A stretch of 64,000 nt of DNA, from NCBI GenBank assembly GCA_011109175.1, contig RDEW01000053.1, positions 248,001 to 312,000 on the forward strand, written 5' to 3'. The position numbers and the translations under genes are program-made. Under the pieces are notes generated by a model, which saw nothing but the letters and a program-made list of their open reading frames with translations, was not told the origin of the DNA and did not search any database. Shown here in pieces: positions 26,795 to 39,085 of the stretch. Each line of letters opens with the position of its first letter. Positions within the stretch are counted from its first letter, which is position 1. This stretch comes from Dicyema japonicum (lineage: Eukaryota > Animalia > Dicyemida).

Positions 26795-27118
26795 TGCGTA
26801 GCGCCATGTGGTGCTGCGTGGTTAATTGGTTTAAATTTTCTGCTTGCTTGTCTGTTCCTCCTCTCTCTTCCTATTAGAGTGGCGTCATGTGATCCATCTG
26901 TCTAGGTGACGCTCAGTGCCAGGCCGGCATGAAAAAGGATCATTTGCTCTTCCCCACTCCACTGGAGGGGTTTCCACAACTGCATGTAATGGACGTCTTA
27001 CCCTTTATGCTGATTCCGGATGGAATCTGTTTCTGTAGAAGTGGAAACTGGATGCACTTAATTAGTTGCTTACTTTAACTTCTTTTCGGTGTATCCGGGT
27101 TAATAAATAATAATAATA
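26795..27118 (+). mobile_element. SINE copy B, full length, with 11-bp target-site duplication
   Basis: ATTGTGAAGGG at 26784-26794 and 27119-27129 flanks the element. (TAA)n tail. Confidence 0.92.
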
Positions 27119-27129
27119 ATTGTGAAGGG

Positions 27130-28150
27130 AATAATGGAAATGCTTTCTACGATCCTGTGCGTCTCCATTGTTCCCACTGTCGAATGGAAATGCTTTCTTC
27201 GATCCTTGTAGAGGAAGCCGACTGTGGAAGGAAATTTCTTAGCCAATCGATTTTCTTTTGCGTAGAACAGTGATAGGCTTAGTGGGTGTTTTCCAGAACT
27301 GAATCCGTGTTGGAAATTCGGTTGAGTTAAGTAAGGAATAATTTCAGATAGGATCAACTTTTCCAACACTTTTGATATAGTAGAGGTCAATGAGATTTGT
27401 CTGTATTATAATCAAGGACATACTTACTACGGATCCTTAATTATTATTTATTTATTTAATAACCCCGAAAAGGGAACAGAAGGAGTAAACCAACTAATTA
27501 AGTGATTCCGTTACGCCTCAAAAGGATCAAGAGGTTTTTCCTGTGTTCCTCCGGAGTACCCACGGCTTTCGTGAATAGACGACGATCATCTTTCATTAGA
27601 GTTTGAAAAGGGGTCGGATTTTCCCCCAAATTTCGTGTATTTGAGGCCACTAGCCTTGAATAGAAGAAACGACTTGTTTCTTGGCCACACAGACCGATGA
27701 AGCCGGAGCCATTAATTTTGATTGCGGCGTAATCAAGCATTGGAGGAAAAGACCGGGGGGTAGATTCGTATTTCATCAAAGGGTTAAATGTCACCCCAGG
27801 ATAGTTAGACGAATCTGTAATGGTAAGGAGTTTTCATAAATGTTCAAATCCAGTTTTTCTTATCTGTCCGTAGTGAAGATTGTGTACGTTGATTTATCCC
27901 TGGATATGGAGAGACGATTCAACTTCAACCAGGCTCCCATGTCGTCAATATGTGACTAAAGCTCTGATTTTGCTGTACCCACGTATTTGTTCCTGCTAGC
28001 ATGATTAGGTCGTCAGCATAAGTGAGAATCATTGAATCTGGTTTTCCAGGGCAGGGTAAATCGTTGAGAAATAAGTTGAATAACGCCGGAGAGAGGGGTG
28101 ATTTTTGAGGGACGCCATTTGGTAGGAGACGTTTCCTTCAAGTGAAGGAA
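27130..28150 (-). mobile_element. LINE RT fragments, including a 3'-terminal piece with tail at ~27435-27510
   Basis: NGVPQKSPLSPALFNLFL, TYADDL, PPMLDYA; SKVLEKLIL..PNFQHGF. Tail reverse complement CACTTAATTAGTTGGTTTAC...GGGGTTATTAAATAAATAAT. Confidence 0.8.
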
Positions 28151-28231
28151 ACCGGTGTCTAACATTAATAAATAAATATTCTAAAATATTTAAAAAAAAT
28201 AATTAAAAAAATGAATTACTAAATTAATCGA

Positions 28232-28555
28232 CGCGTGGCGCTATATGTAGTTTCGTGCCTAATTGGTTGAAATTTTCTGTTTGTTTGTCTGTTGCTTCTC
28301 TCTCTATCTATTAGAGTGCCATCATGTGATCACCTGTCTAGATGGCGCCCAGTGTCTGACTGGCACTAAAAAGGATCATTTGCTTTCCCCCACTCCACTG
28401 GAGGGGTTTCCACAACTGCATGTATGGATGTCATTTTCATTTTATGATGATTCCGGATGGACTCTGTTTTTGTACAAGTGGAAACTGGATACACTAAATT
28501 ATTTGTTTACTTCAACTACCTTTTCGGTGTATCCAGGGTTAATAAATTAATTAAA
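28232..28555 (+). mobile_element. SINE copy C (more diverged)
   Basis: Collinear with copies A and B from GCGTGGCG to GTGTATCCAGGGTTAATAAATT. Confidence 0.85.
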
Positions 28556-28748
28556 TAAAGTTATTCTGAATTATAATTTTTAGACTAATCCTTGAAATAG
28601 AATTCATGTGGCTTCCTGTTTCTGGTAAAGTAAGTTTTAGAATTTACTTTACATATGAAAAGGACAGCGTATTCCCCAAATCCAATAAGATTGTCCTACG
28701 TAATTTCAGCCTTTGTGGTCTGCCCACCCGACTTGGTGAAACCCATCT

Positions 28749-30100
28749 GTGCTCTCCGATGACATAAAACCAAACCCTGGGCCATCAAACAAGGACCTTC
28801 TTAAATTCAGGACGCAGAACTTTGCTTACTTCAATAAAAAAGAAACAGGTCCCAGTCTTCAGAAACAGGTCCCAGTCTTCCCAGGCTATAACATTATGCA
28901 ACGTGACCGCCCTATTGGTCCAAGTGTGGAGTAGTTATAATTGTCAAAAAGGAAATTTCATTTACGGAAACAATACATGTCCAAAAACCAGCCCGAAGAC
29001 GAAAGGGAAATCCACTTATTTCTTAATTAGAATAATCTAGTTTTTTAGCAACCCTACATTCAATACAAGGACTCCTTATAGAGCAAATGACAAGAGTCCC
29101 TACCCACTGTACATTCACTTGTCTAAAATCTCTGTCCTAACCAAGTGGTCACTGATTTACTATACTTGAAGTAACTGTAATCCTATTCTCATTACGTTCA
29201 AATGAAGATGTCTATAGAAAGTTTATCTTAGCCCGGGACTACAAAATCCTTTGCACGAAGAAACCTTTCCGCGCAACCGATACATCCGGGAGGGAAAGAA
29301 ATTGCTTTAAAGTCTACAAATTCAATAATGGCAACATGATAGGATTCGTGACTTGGAGAGATATCAGAAACAAGGCAAAGATGAAACAGGAGAGAGTCTG
29401 TTCTAACCTCATGTCCATTTTAAGCAAACATACCCCTTCACGAGGATTTGGAATATTCACCAACTTTGTTAGGACGCCTCCTTGCAAAAACATGGAGAAC
29501 GAGAATTTTTTAAACAAAATAATGAAACTTGGGATAAAAAGAACCTTATGTGAAGAATTTACTTACAGAAGGCTTTTGACTCCATTCTGATGAAATTAAT
29601 TGCTAGGAAGATCAAACAATTCGAAAATTTCGATTGTAAACTTTTTTAACCGACGAAGAGGAAGAGTAATTTCACATCCCATATTTTCTGTTACCAAATG
29701 CCTGGTCGGCATTCAAAAGGATCCAACTATTCTTTCCATCAGGAGACAATTTCGTTCCCTGGCGACAAGTTCTTGAATTGACTTCAGCTGCCGTACAGCA
29801 TCCTCTGGATCAATGTTCTAGGTTGAGGACGAAGAGGAAGGGTAATTGCATGATCCACATATTCTGTAACTAAACTGGGGCTTATAGGGATCTTAACTCT
29901 CATCCATTCTCTAAAACTTCTCTATGAGAGATATGCCTTCCTGTAGCAGCGACAACACTCTGGTCCTCGCTTATGCTGACAACATAATCTTATCAACAAG
30001 AGACATTGTGATACTCATCAGGTACTCGCTTACTAGATTTACTGGTCAACCTATTGTTGTATCTTCCAGATAAGAAAACCGAAAGTGACTCTCATAATTT
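28749..30100 (+). mobile_element. Decayed APE-type LINE beginning with a degenerate 2A-like peptide
   Basis: VLSDDIKPNPGP (28749-28784), then APE-like FPGYNIMQRDRP, and downstream RT remnants (LAYADNII). Confidence 0.65.
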
Positions 30101-31989
30101 CACATAGTTCAACGATTTCTTCTCTGTCCAAGAGTCAAAGATGTACAGTGTCAGTTCTCCTTCTATTAAGGGTATATTACAGGGTTTTCACTTCAAAGTG
30201 AGAATTTATTCACATTAATGTGAGAATTATTCACATCGAAGTACCTTTATTGATCCTTTAAAACTACTCTGAATTCTCTGAAATTGGAGATGTCTGAGTT
30301 TGTGAACAACTCAAGTTTGTAGAGACGTTGATCCTCAACCACAGCCCTTTCATATCCTAATCAAATGGAGAATGAAATCATTATTACAAACAGTTGTAGG
30401 TGGCAGGAATTATTTAATTTAGTGGAAAATGTTGAAATATCCATTTTTGATCTAATTCTACTACTGAGTCTGTGATGGAGACGAACTACATGTGGCACAA
30501 AAAGATATGTGTCAAATGAAAGAAACCTCAGATCATGAAGTCACGAAAGTGATGTCATGTCTTGAAAAAATAAGTTCAATGTATTATATGATGTCATGTC
30601 TTGAAAAAATAAGCAATTTTCAGATCTGAGGCTACGACTGACTTTCAAAATGCGCAAGCCTGAATGGCAGCGTTGTGACATGACTTGATTGAAGATTTCT
30701 CTTTTTTTTCTGGTGGTGTCATTGGATCCACCTTACTCATGAGACAGCCAGTACCTGACCTGCGTTCAAAAGAATCCATCTATCATTCCACCGGGAGACA
30801 CTTTGGTCACTGGCGACGAGTTCTGTAATTGACTACAGCTCCCTGGACAGCGCTCTCTGGATCACTGTGCTTGCTTTGGAATAATTTATATGTATTATTT
30901 TTTTAAAGAACTTTTGATGCGTTCTTTGAAGTTGTCATTCTCCTCATCTAGCTGTAACCCGCTTTTAGCGAAAAAAATCCCTGTCTAACGCGACTTTATG
31001 AGGAGAGGGTATATGCATATTCATGATGGTCGATGTATAACTGAGATGATGATGTACTTTATGGAGGAGGAAGATTTTTTTTTTGAATTTGAGTAAATGA
31101 TTTCTTTTTTTTATAAACTCCTCCACGGCCAGAATCATCTGAAAACGATGTAGCCGAGAAGGAAAGGTAGTAGAAAAGCGCATGTTTTTATTATATTTTT
31201 CAAAAAGTTTCTTAGTTATAGAACCATTCCATAACTACCCCGTTAATGTTGAGTTAAATTAAGGTGAGGGCTTAGATAGACCAGGGTCGTAGTTTATGTA
31301 TCCAGAAATTTTCGCAAGGGTTTCTGACAAGTCAGGTGTGAGAGGCGAAAAAGGGAGGCATCTAAGAGGGGGGTTATTTAGTTCAGTAATCATTAATTAA
31401 TTCATAATTTACATATTAATTTTTTTGTTAATAACGCTAAATTAATTTATTATTACCACAGGATCACTGAGTCAATCAGAAAGAAATAAAAGTTCTCAAC
31501 TAGTGATCCCAGAAGGCCGCTATCGTGGAAGACCTAGAACAAAACTCCCAATAGTTTTACAAAAAGACCTGGTCAATATCAAAAGAAATCTAAAAATTGC
31601 CGATGATTTGGACAACATGAAAGCTTCGCTAGGAACAGGGTAGCATGGAAAAGGATGACATTTAACCTTTTTTCTTTGCTGCACATGCGGGGCTATAATT
31701 AGTATAGCTCTTGTTAAGTGCTTAAATAATAATAATAAGTGATCCCAGACCGACAGAGGAGATGACGAGTCCGGCAGAGTCGAGAATCCTGACCAGCTCT
31801 TCTCATTGGAAATGACATAGGCTCAAACTATTTACATGTTTGTAGATATTTCGATATTATATGAAACAAGGGGCAGCTTGGTATTCAAATAGTATGAGGG
31901 ACAATATCCAGGAGGCGTGTGTTGAGAGATACTCTATTTTTTATAATTTTTAAATCAGTCATACAGCCTAACTTCATCCTTACTTTTCG

Positions 31990-33120
31990 GGGACTTCCTT
32001 ATACATTTATATCTGGAGTCACAGGGAGATTCCCTTGAACACTTATTATTTTGTTTTGCAATAGAGATAATCACCAAACTTCCGCGCTCGACCTTCAACA
32101 TATGGTATTTGGATGATGCGGTCCTCGGAGGACCCCCGAACTGTTTTCCTGAATTTGGAAGTGATAATTCCAGCACTGTCGTAAGCTTGACTGGAAATAA
32201 ATTACACTAGATGCGAAATCTACAATTGCGTACTTTCAGAAAAGAAGCATTCAACATTTACCATCGTCGCTAATTGCTTGTAACACCCTTGTCATAAGGA
32301 TTCTACATTCCCTCCCTGAATTCTCTATTGATCAAGACGACGGCCATACTCGTGAGGCCTGGAACCGTACTTATCATCTTTCCCTGCCATCCGCGTTCTT
32401 TCAGCAGTGACTGGACGATGCTCTATGCTAGAATTTTTTATAAGATTTGCTGGTGTTATCTAGCCAACATCGCCGTGCCTGTTTGTTGTCGGGGCCATCT
32501 TCCGAGAGCGGTGCCTGGCTCAGCGCCATTCCACATTGAGTTTTGGGTACCTTCCTGAATGATGAATGCGGCCGTATTGGGATCTCATTACGACTGGGAT
32601 TAAAAGTCTGTTTTCCGCATCCGTGCCGATGCGAGACCAGATTAACTGTTCTGGCATACCCCTCTCTCCTGCAGAAAGAGTGCAGGCAGATTTCCCAGAC
32701 ACATGGCCTTGAACGAAGTTGTTAGGAGAGCTTAGGACCCCGCCGGACACCCCTCCATGCTCGAACCAGTCGGTTTTCGCAGGTGAGACGGGAACGACCA
32801 GATAGGATGACAATCTTCCCTTTTGAAGCCGGTAAACCTCTTGTCTGGGTCGACATCTGCACCGACACGTTTGCCTCTTGCACCTACTCCAAAGTGCCTC
32901 TGGAGCCTGTTCTGCCGCTGAGAAGGCCGAGAAGTTGAAATGGGAATAGTACCAAGGGTTTCGTTTGTCCCACTCGTCGTTGAGACGTCTAGTTTTCTTG
33001 GAATTCTTGAGTCGTCTAGGGAATCGAATTGGACACGATCAGAAGATTTGAGCGAATCTCGCTTGCCATCCTGAGAGGGAATAGTCAAAAAAAGTTAACA
33101 ACTGGTGGCTGCTCTCATAA
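31990..33120 (+). mobile_element. Decayed CRE-like element (RT to RLE)
   Basis: QGDSL..LLFCFAI, NIWYLDDA (RT); SGAWLSAIP, GTFLNDECGRIGISLRLGL, LNEVV, WV.D.CTDTF, SWLIERISLQI.RGNAFSI. Confidence 0.8.
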
Positions 33121-33694
33121 TTGAAAACGCATTTCTCTCTACGATTTGCAAGGAAATGCGCTCAATGAGCCAGCTCTTTTCTCTCTTATCGTTTTTCTTC
33201 TTTGCGATGTGACCTGCTTCCAATGATTCCTGTCGTTTCGACTGCCACCGGTCGAAGATTAAGTGTCCTCCAAGACATGCGTTTTTTATCAATAGGTTTT
33301 CAGCCTTTTCTGAAACAGAGTATGGGTTAGTTCCTGTCGTTGAAAGGTTGGAGGGAGAGAGGCTATCGATACAGGTGGCGTCCCAAACAAATTAAAACGA
33401 GTAAATTCACTAATTAACCGTATTCTAATCCTGATCGTTGGTAATCCATCTACTTCTCTTAGAAGATAAGTGTGCCATCAACTCTTTATAATTTTTTATA
33501 TCCACATCAGAGTCAGTCTAAATATCTCTGTTTGAGTCCAGTGGGATGTCCTCACAGCATGTATGTTTATAAATTTATTCAATTAAATATTATTCGTATT
33601 CATAGAATTGATGACCACAATTACTTACACGAATACTACTAAATGTAAAATAATTTAATTCTTTTTTAATCATTATTGGTTGAGGTGGTAACGA

Positions 33695-33900
33695 CGCCTC
33701 TATTGCACTATGTCTTATTCGTATTCCTTACCGACTTCTCCTTCACTCTGGGATCTTTTAATAAAGGAATCAAACAGCCTTACAAGAAACAACAACTGGT
33801 ATGCGATCTAACAAAATACGACGTCTGTCTGTTGTCTACAGAGACAAAAACGACCGTACAATTTACAGAACTGTTTAGAAAATTCCACCCCCAGGAAATA
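33695..33900 (+). mobile_element. RTE-like LINE 5' or endonuclease N-terminal fragment; inverted second copy at ~59200-59440
   Basis: FN.G.KQPYKKQQL.CDLTKYD...CCLQETK (APE N-terminus) in both copies; nucleotide similarity visible by eye. Confidence 0.7.
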
Positions 33901-34129
33901 ATCTGTTGTCATATGGGAAAAATATAATCTATTTGATGTCTTCCTGAAATTGGAATCCGTGTTAATGTAGAAATGAATGGAAGGAACTATGCAATAGAAA
34001 GTAATTTTATGACATGCTAGTGAGTAGAAAAAATTGAAGGTATGGAAAATTGTTATTAGGGTGATATCTTATAGAATACTTAATGCTTTTTAATGATTTA
34101 GTTGTTTCGTAAGTTGTCCCTGTGATGGC

Positions 34130-36300
34130 ATTATTGGATCCATCTTACTAAGGAGATGCCCAACGAGGCACATGCAAATGAGAAACATGGCTCAATGTGA
34201 TGGCCTTTTCCGATTCACTATGATCCAATTCTCAATTATTTAGGCTTTGAAACGGTCAAGAGTAATTTTATTCTTTCCGTGGTCTTCCGGATTTCCCGAT
34301 CTCACGAATCCAAAACAATATCGTCTACATAAAAAGAAAAAACTTTTTATTGAATTCTGGAGTTGAGAAATTGGCCAGAAAAAAGTTAAACAGAGTAGGG
34401 GATAACGGAGATCCTTGAGAGACTCCATTGGGGGAGACATGATATGGAATTCGGACCTCGAAGGCATACAAGTCCCTTTTGTCCATTTAGGAAGTTAATG
34501 ATTGAGCTTTCCTGCATCTCGAGATTAAAGATTTGCCTGTTAAGTATTTTCCTTGAAACAGAGTCGGACGCCTTGTCGATATCAATTGAGCAAAGCACTG
34601 TTTTCTAATGTCTTAGCTTATTTTAAAATCCATCTCGAATGAAATTGGTCAATGTTTGTATTGGGTAGACGTAGATCTTTTTTGAATCCAGACTGAAAAG
34701 GTATATCTGATGAGAACTTATTTATTCTCCTTAGCCAAGTCTCTCTAGGATTTTAGATATGGAGCATAGTAGAGAACAGGTCAAAATGACGCTGGGTCAT
34801 GTTTTGGTCTTCCAGGTTTTAGTATTCCGAATATGTCTCTTTTCAAGAATAACGGTATCACATTTGATTAATCGAATAGTTGAAGATCGACGTTATGAAG
34901 GTAACTCCCACGTCTCCGATTCTTAAATATGATAACTGTAAAGTTATTAGGTCTGTTAGTGTATGTTCTTGTGAAGCATAGTGTATTTTCACATCTTTTT
35001 CCTAAAAGTAGAGCTGATCTGATATCCTTTTTCTTATTTCTGTGTGATAAGAGAGGTGCATCCGACTTCTTGTGTTCCTTTTATGAAATCCTTTTGAACG
35101 TAATCTCCTCTGATAAAATTTACTTGCCTTTGTAACGTTTCGAACAGCTTTTTACACATTGCCCTCGTAAGATTTCAATTTACTGTTGTAAACACACAAT
35201 CCTACTTCAAACTTTGGGCCTTTAGTTTTTTTTACCTTTATTTCATTATCCAATGCTCTGATCCTGCGTTTCACTTCTAAGATGATTCAATTAGATTTTT
35301 TGAGATACCGACCTCTCGACGAATTTAATCGACGTTTTGGTATAGCCATTGATCTTGCTTCTAAGATTATTCGGGTAAAGTAGGTGATCATTTATCCAGA
35401 GAACTGAAGCTATCCACGTAATGATTCTTCAGTCTGTCGTCCGATATTGCGCAATAAAATTTTCAGTCGACACCTTTGTAATTGTAGCTACTAGGAATTC
35501 TCCCTACTTGATCTTTACCACAATCGGATAATAATTAGCACATTCGCGTTGTTTACTGGTAACGCGATGTGCTTTAACTAGCTAACTGTTTCATAGAAGA
35601 CTGACCTGTTTAGGTGAAAGTGATGAGGAGCAGAGTGTTACGTTACAGTAGGTAGGCTGATCCGTCACTCTGAGTGGTGACCTTGTATTTTTGATGGGTC
35701 ATTCAAAATAGGATACGTTTGCGATAACTATAGATCCCCTCTTATAGCCATAAGACGGTATTTTGCATTCAGATTCCTACAGATGATGATCTCATCGAAG
35801 GTAGCCAGTCTTGATAGGTTTGGCATAGCCTTTCAAAAAGGAACCAGGAAGCGGAACGTAAAGGTTCACAAGGTATAGTCTTCCTTTCGTTGTCCCTAGT
35901 AAGATTCCAATTTTTTTGTTAACCTCATTATCTTCAACGAGTTTACTCACCACCGAGGAAATGTTTCTGCCTTTCAGGTTCTTTTTGAATAAATTGAGCA
36001 GGCTTCCAACTCTTCTCACTTCACAATCTGTCCTAATAACCTTGTAACCTGTAGAATGTAAGGGAAGGGTCATTTAAAGTGATTTTGCTCCAGGGAGCAT
36101 GAATGCCCGAATAATCGGTATCGATGCCAATTCCACCTTAGGAGTGCCCGAATAATTTCCAGTGACACCTTCAGGTTTACACCCGCATTTCTTGTAGATT
36201 CTGGTCGGCCAGTCTATTCCTGTTATTTTTCTCAGATAGATCCTATCGAACGAGACCAGCCTCTTTATTTCCTCTTTTGAGGTAACCCAAGTCTCAGCTG
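34130..36300 (-). mobile_element. Decayed Jockey/I-like LINE (APE plus RT), related to 4630-6740
   Basis: GYKVIRTDC..R.VG.LL, LYLVNLYVP, NYKGV, CSIDIDKASD, LPNGVSQGSPLSP.LFNFF. Confidence 0.8.
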
Positions 36301-36519
36301 TTTATAGCAGAATGTAACGGTTGCCGGGCAAGTGGCCTTAAGGTCGCAAGTTCGAATCCCGATAATGTACATTTCTGTTGAAGGTTCCACGCATCTCTAT
36401 GCTTTGGCTTGACAAGTGACGCCGTCTACTGCGGAACCGGATCGTCTATATAGGACAAATACCCAACAAAAAGAAAAAAAAGTGAAGAGCATTCCTTGAT
36501 TCTCCTCGTCGACTAGTTA

Positions 36520-37030
36520 GGATAACTGTTCTATGTTTAAAATAAAGTGTGTGTTCTGCCTGAGGGAACGATAGCTGATATGGCTCCTCGGAAAGTGCAT
36601 TGTTTTTTGTTTTTTCTTAAGTATATCCGGTGCTTTATAGATGTTCCAAAAGCGCTCAATTTTCTGAAAATGAGTCGACGTCGTCTGCATAGATTAATTT
36701 TTCTTTTCTCTCTTGGTATAGTGGTCTGAGTTGCCTCATATACCGTGAACAGTATGGGAAAGAGTCGTCTTGAGGGACGCCTGTATTTGTGTTAAATTTT
36801 CTTGTGTTGGTTTTTCCCACTCTCAACAAAAATCTCAGTATTGTTAGTAGAATTCTAATCATTCTTATAATTGATTCATCGAGAAATTGCTTCAGTACCT
36901 CCATTAGTTATGAGTCTGTCAATTGGACAATTGTCCTGTCGGCCAAATGTCCTAGTACCAACTTGATAGCGCTGATGATCGGTATTTGCTTGATTTACAT
37001 GCTGTGTGTTATAGTCAACCCGTCGTGAAA
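36520..37030 (-). mobile_element. LINE RT fragment (RTE-like)
   Basis: NTGVPQDDS, LIYADDVD motifs. Confidence 0.65.
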
Positions 37031-38127
37031 CTCGGACCAAGGAGATTATCATACTAGCAATTACACGCGTCGCAATGAAAGTGAATAGATGTCACGGTTC
37101 AGTTGGAAACATAAATCTATCTTATACTACAGTTGTAGAGAGAGTGATAGCTAGTGCGTTAAGACCCAAAAAAATGGCTAATTATACCTGGTTAAGATAA
37201 AGCCAGGGAAACAATGGTGGAGTTCCATCGCGGTTCTGACGTCCTCCAAATTTTGTGGCAGATGAGATTCGAAGCATAGTGATCCGATACTTCCTTGCTT
37301 TGAGACATTGTGCATTTAATGCCTCATGAATAGCTCAAAACTAAATGACATTGCACATTTCCAGAAATTGTCAACAAATATAAAGTGGATGGAAATTGTT
37401 GGTCACTTTCTACAGTTGAACATTGACGCTCTGGGAAATTAAATGAACAGTCGGCAGAGGGTCATATAGCGGCCTCCCTGACTGCATGGTTATTCTGTCT
37501 CAGGATGGCGAGCGAGATTCGCTCTAAGTTCTGTCACATTTGATTTTTTTCTTGAAAGACAGAGAAATTCTTTTCTTAAGTTCTCGGTCTCAGAACCAGT
37601 TTTGAGTCAGACTATCTGATTGTTTAATGAGTTGGCAGTCCTCAGGAAATTTTTAATTCTTCAAAGGTTATTAACTGCACTCTTACGCTAAGTCATATTA
37701 TGTCCGCTCAGACAGGATACAAAATTAATTTAAGGAAAGAACAGTTTCTGATAAATAATCGCAGTGGGAGAACCAATGAATGATCTTCACTTATTTTTTC
37801 TGAGCGATAGATTTGAAATTAGGAGAGATGATTCTCTTATTTGTTTCCAGGAGTTTGGTCAATTTATCTACCGAAGAACGGGACATAGCCAATGACCAGA
37901 CTACATTGCCGAAAGTCAATACTAGCCTGATAAATTGTCTGTAGATAGCTGTGAGGAATCCAGCTTTGTTTCCAAGACGTTTTGCTCATAGATTCAGAAT
38001 GTTAACATTTGATTTTTTTGTTTCTTATAATTCGTAAAATTTCAAAAAATATTAAATTTATTAAGTTATGATAAAAAAAAACTTATAAATAATAATAAAT
38101 AATTTGGCACCATTTATAATTTTTTCG

Positions 38128-39085
38128 ATGTGGGACGATAACATTTCTGATCAGATAAACAATAAATTTGACGATGGCGAGGTCCCCACGTTGGAGTCTT
38201 CAAAAAACCCGATAAATTTAAAGAGACTGAAGTCAGAGAGAACTCTTCCATGTGTAACTTGGAGATTCCCGAACTTTTGAGACGACTATCTGATGTTCCC
38301 GCTTCTGAGATATTTCTCTCTAACACGGAAAATCTATCTGAAGACTATCTACTGACGTGTAAACGCTACATTGAAGAGCTAAACGTTAGTCTTTTTCAAA
38401 ATATGACACTTATTGGTGTGGATGTGGGCCTTCAGAGGGTTGCCATTTCCTTTGATCTGATCACAGATTGGACTAACAAGGTATCAGAACTAAATCGTAT
38501 TCTGAGTGAAAAGAAGTGCTCTCTTTTGAACTGTCTTAGTACTGAAATGAATTTGATACATGTGGAGAATAAACAGTTTCCTATTATGACTGAGGCCGAC
38601 AGTTTCAGCGACATTGCAGGCAAACTCAGTCATATGCGAAGAAATCGATTAAAAATGATCGAATTCACGAGTTATGTTGACAAGTGGAAGGAGTTTATGT
38701 CTTCCATAATTGAGATTGAATCCAAATCGAATGATCCAGATCGACTTAGAAATAGAAGGGGTGTTCTTTGACGGATAATGCGCACATACAAAAATATAAT
38801 AAAGAATGCGAAAAACTGCAGAATAAAATATTAGGATTTGTTATTGACGATGAGGAATTTTATGAATATTTTCATAAACTTAAAGATATGTTTAGAAAAA
38901 ACATGGCTGAAGAGAAGCAAAGGTTGCGTGATTGCAAATCATCTGGTAAGGATACCGCGAAAATGGGTAGTAAAGGACAGACTAAAAATACTCATTCTGT
39001 ACTTTTTGTAGTTATTTAGATTCCATTGGCGATTAGTAATACTAAAAAGATTAGGGAAAACGTCAAAGACAAACGTTGGATTTGA
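38128..39085 (+). CDS. PRC1/Ase1/MAP65-like microtubule cross-linker; short, two apparent -1 slips, one 21-nt intron
   Basis: VDKWKEFMSSIIEIESKSNDPDRLRNRRGVL[L]TDNAHIQKYNKECEKLQNKI resembles the recalled PRC1 segment VQKWEE.W..F.EFERKASDPNRFTNRGGNLLKEEKQRAKLQK.LPKL. Slips near 38196-38206 and 38767-38769. Intron gtactttttgtagttatttag precedes the last exon. Confidence 0.7.

Noticed and set aside
30550-30613. 25-bp direct repeat x2 with a short spacer (similar duplications at 28841-28880 and 30197-30232)
   Set aside because: Only two units, no cas genes, eukaryotic context. These are local tandem duplications, not CRISPR.
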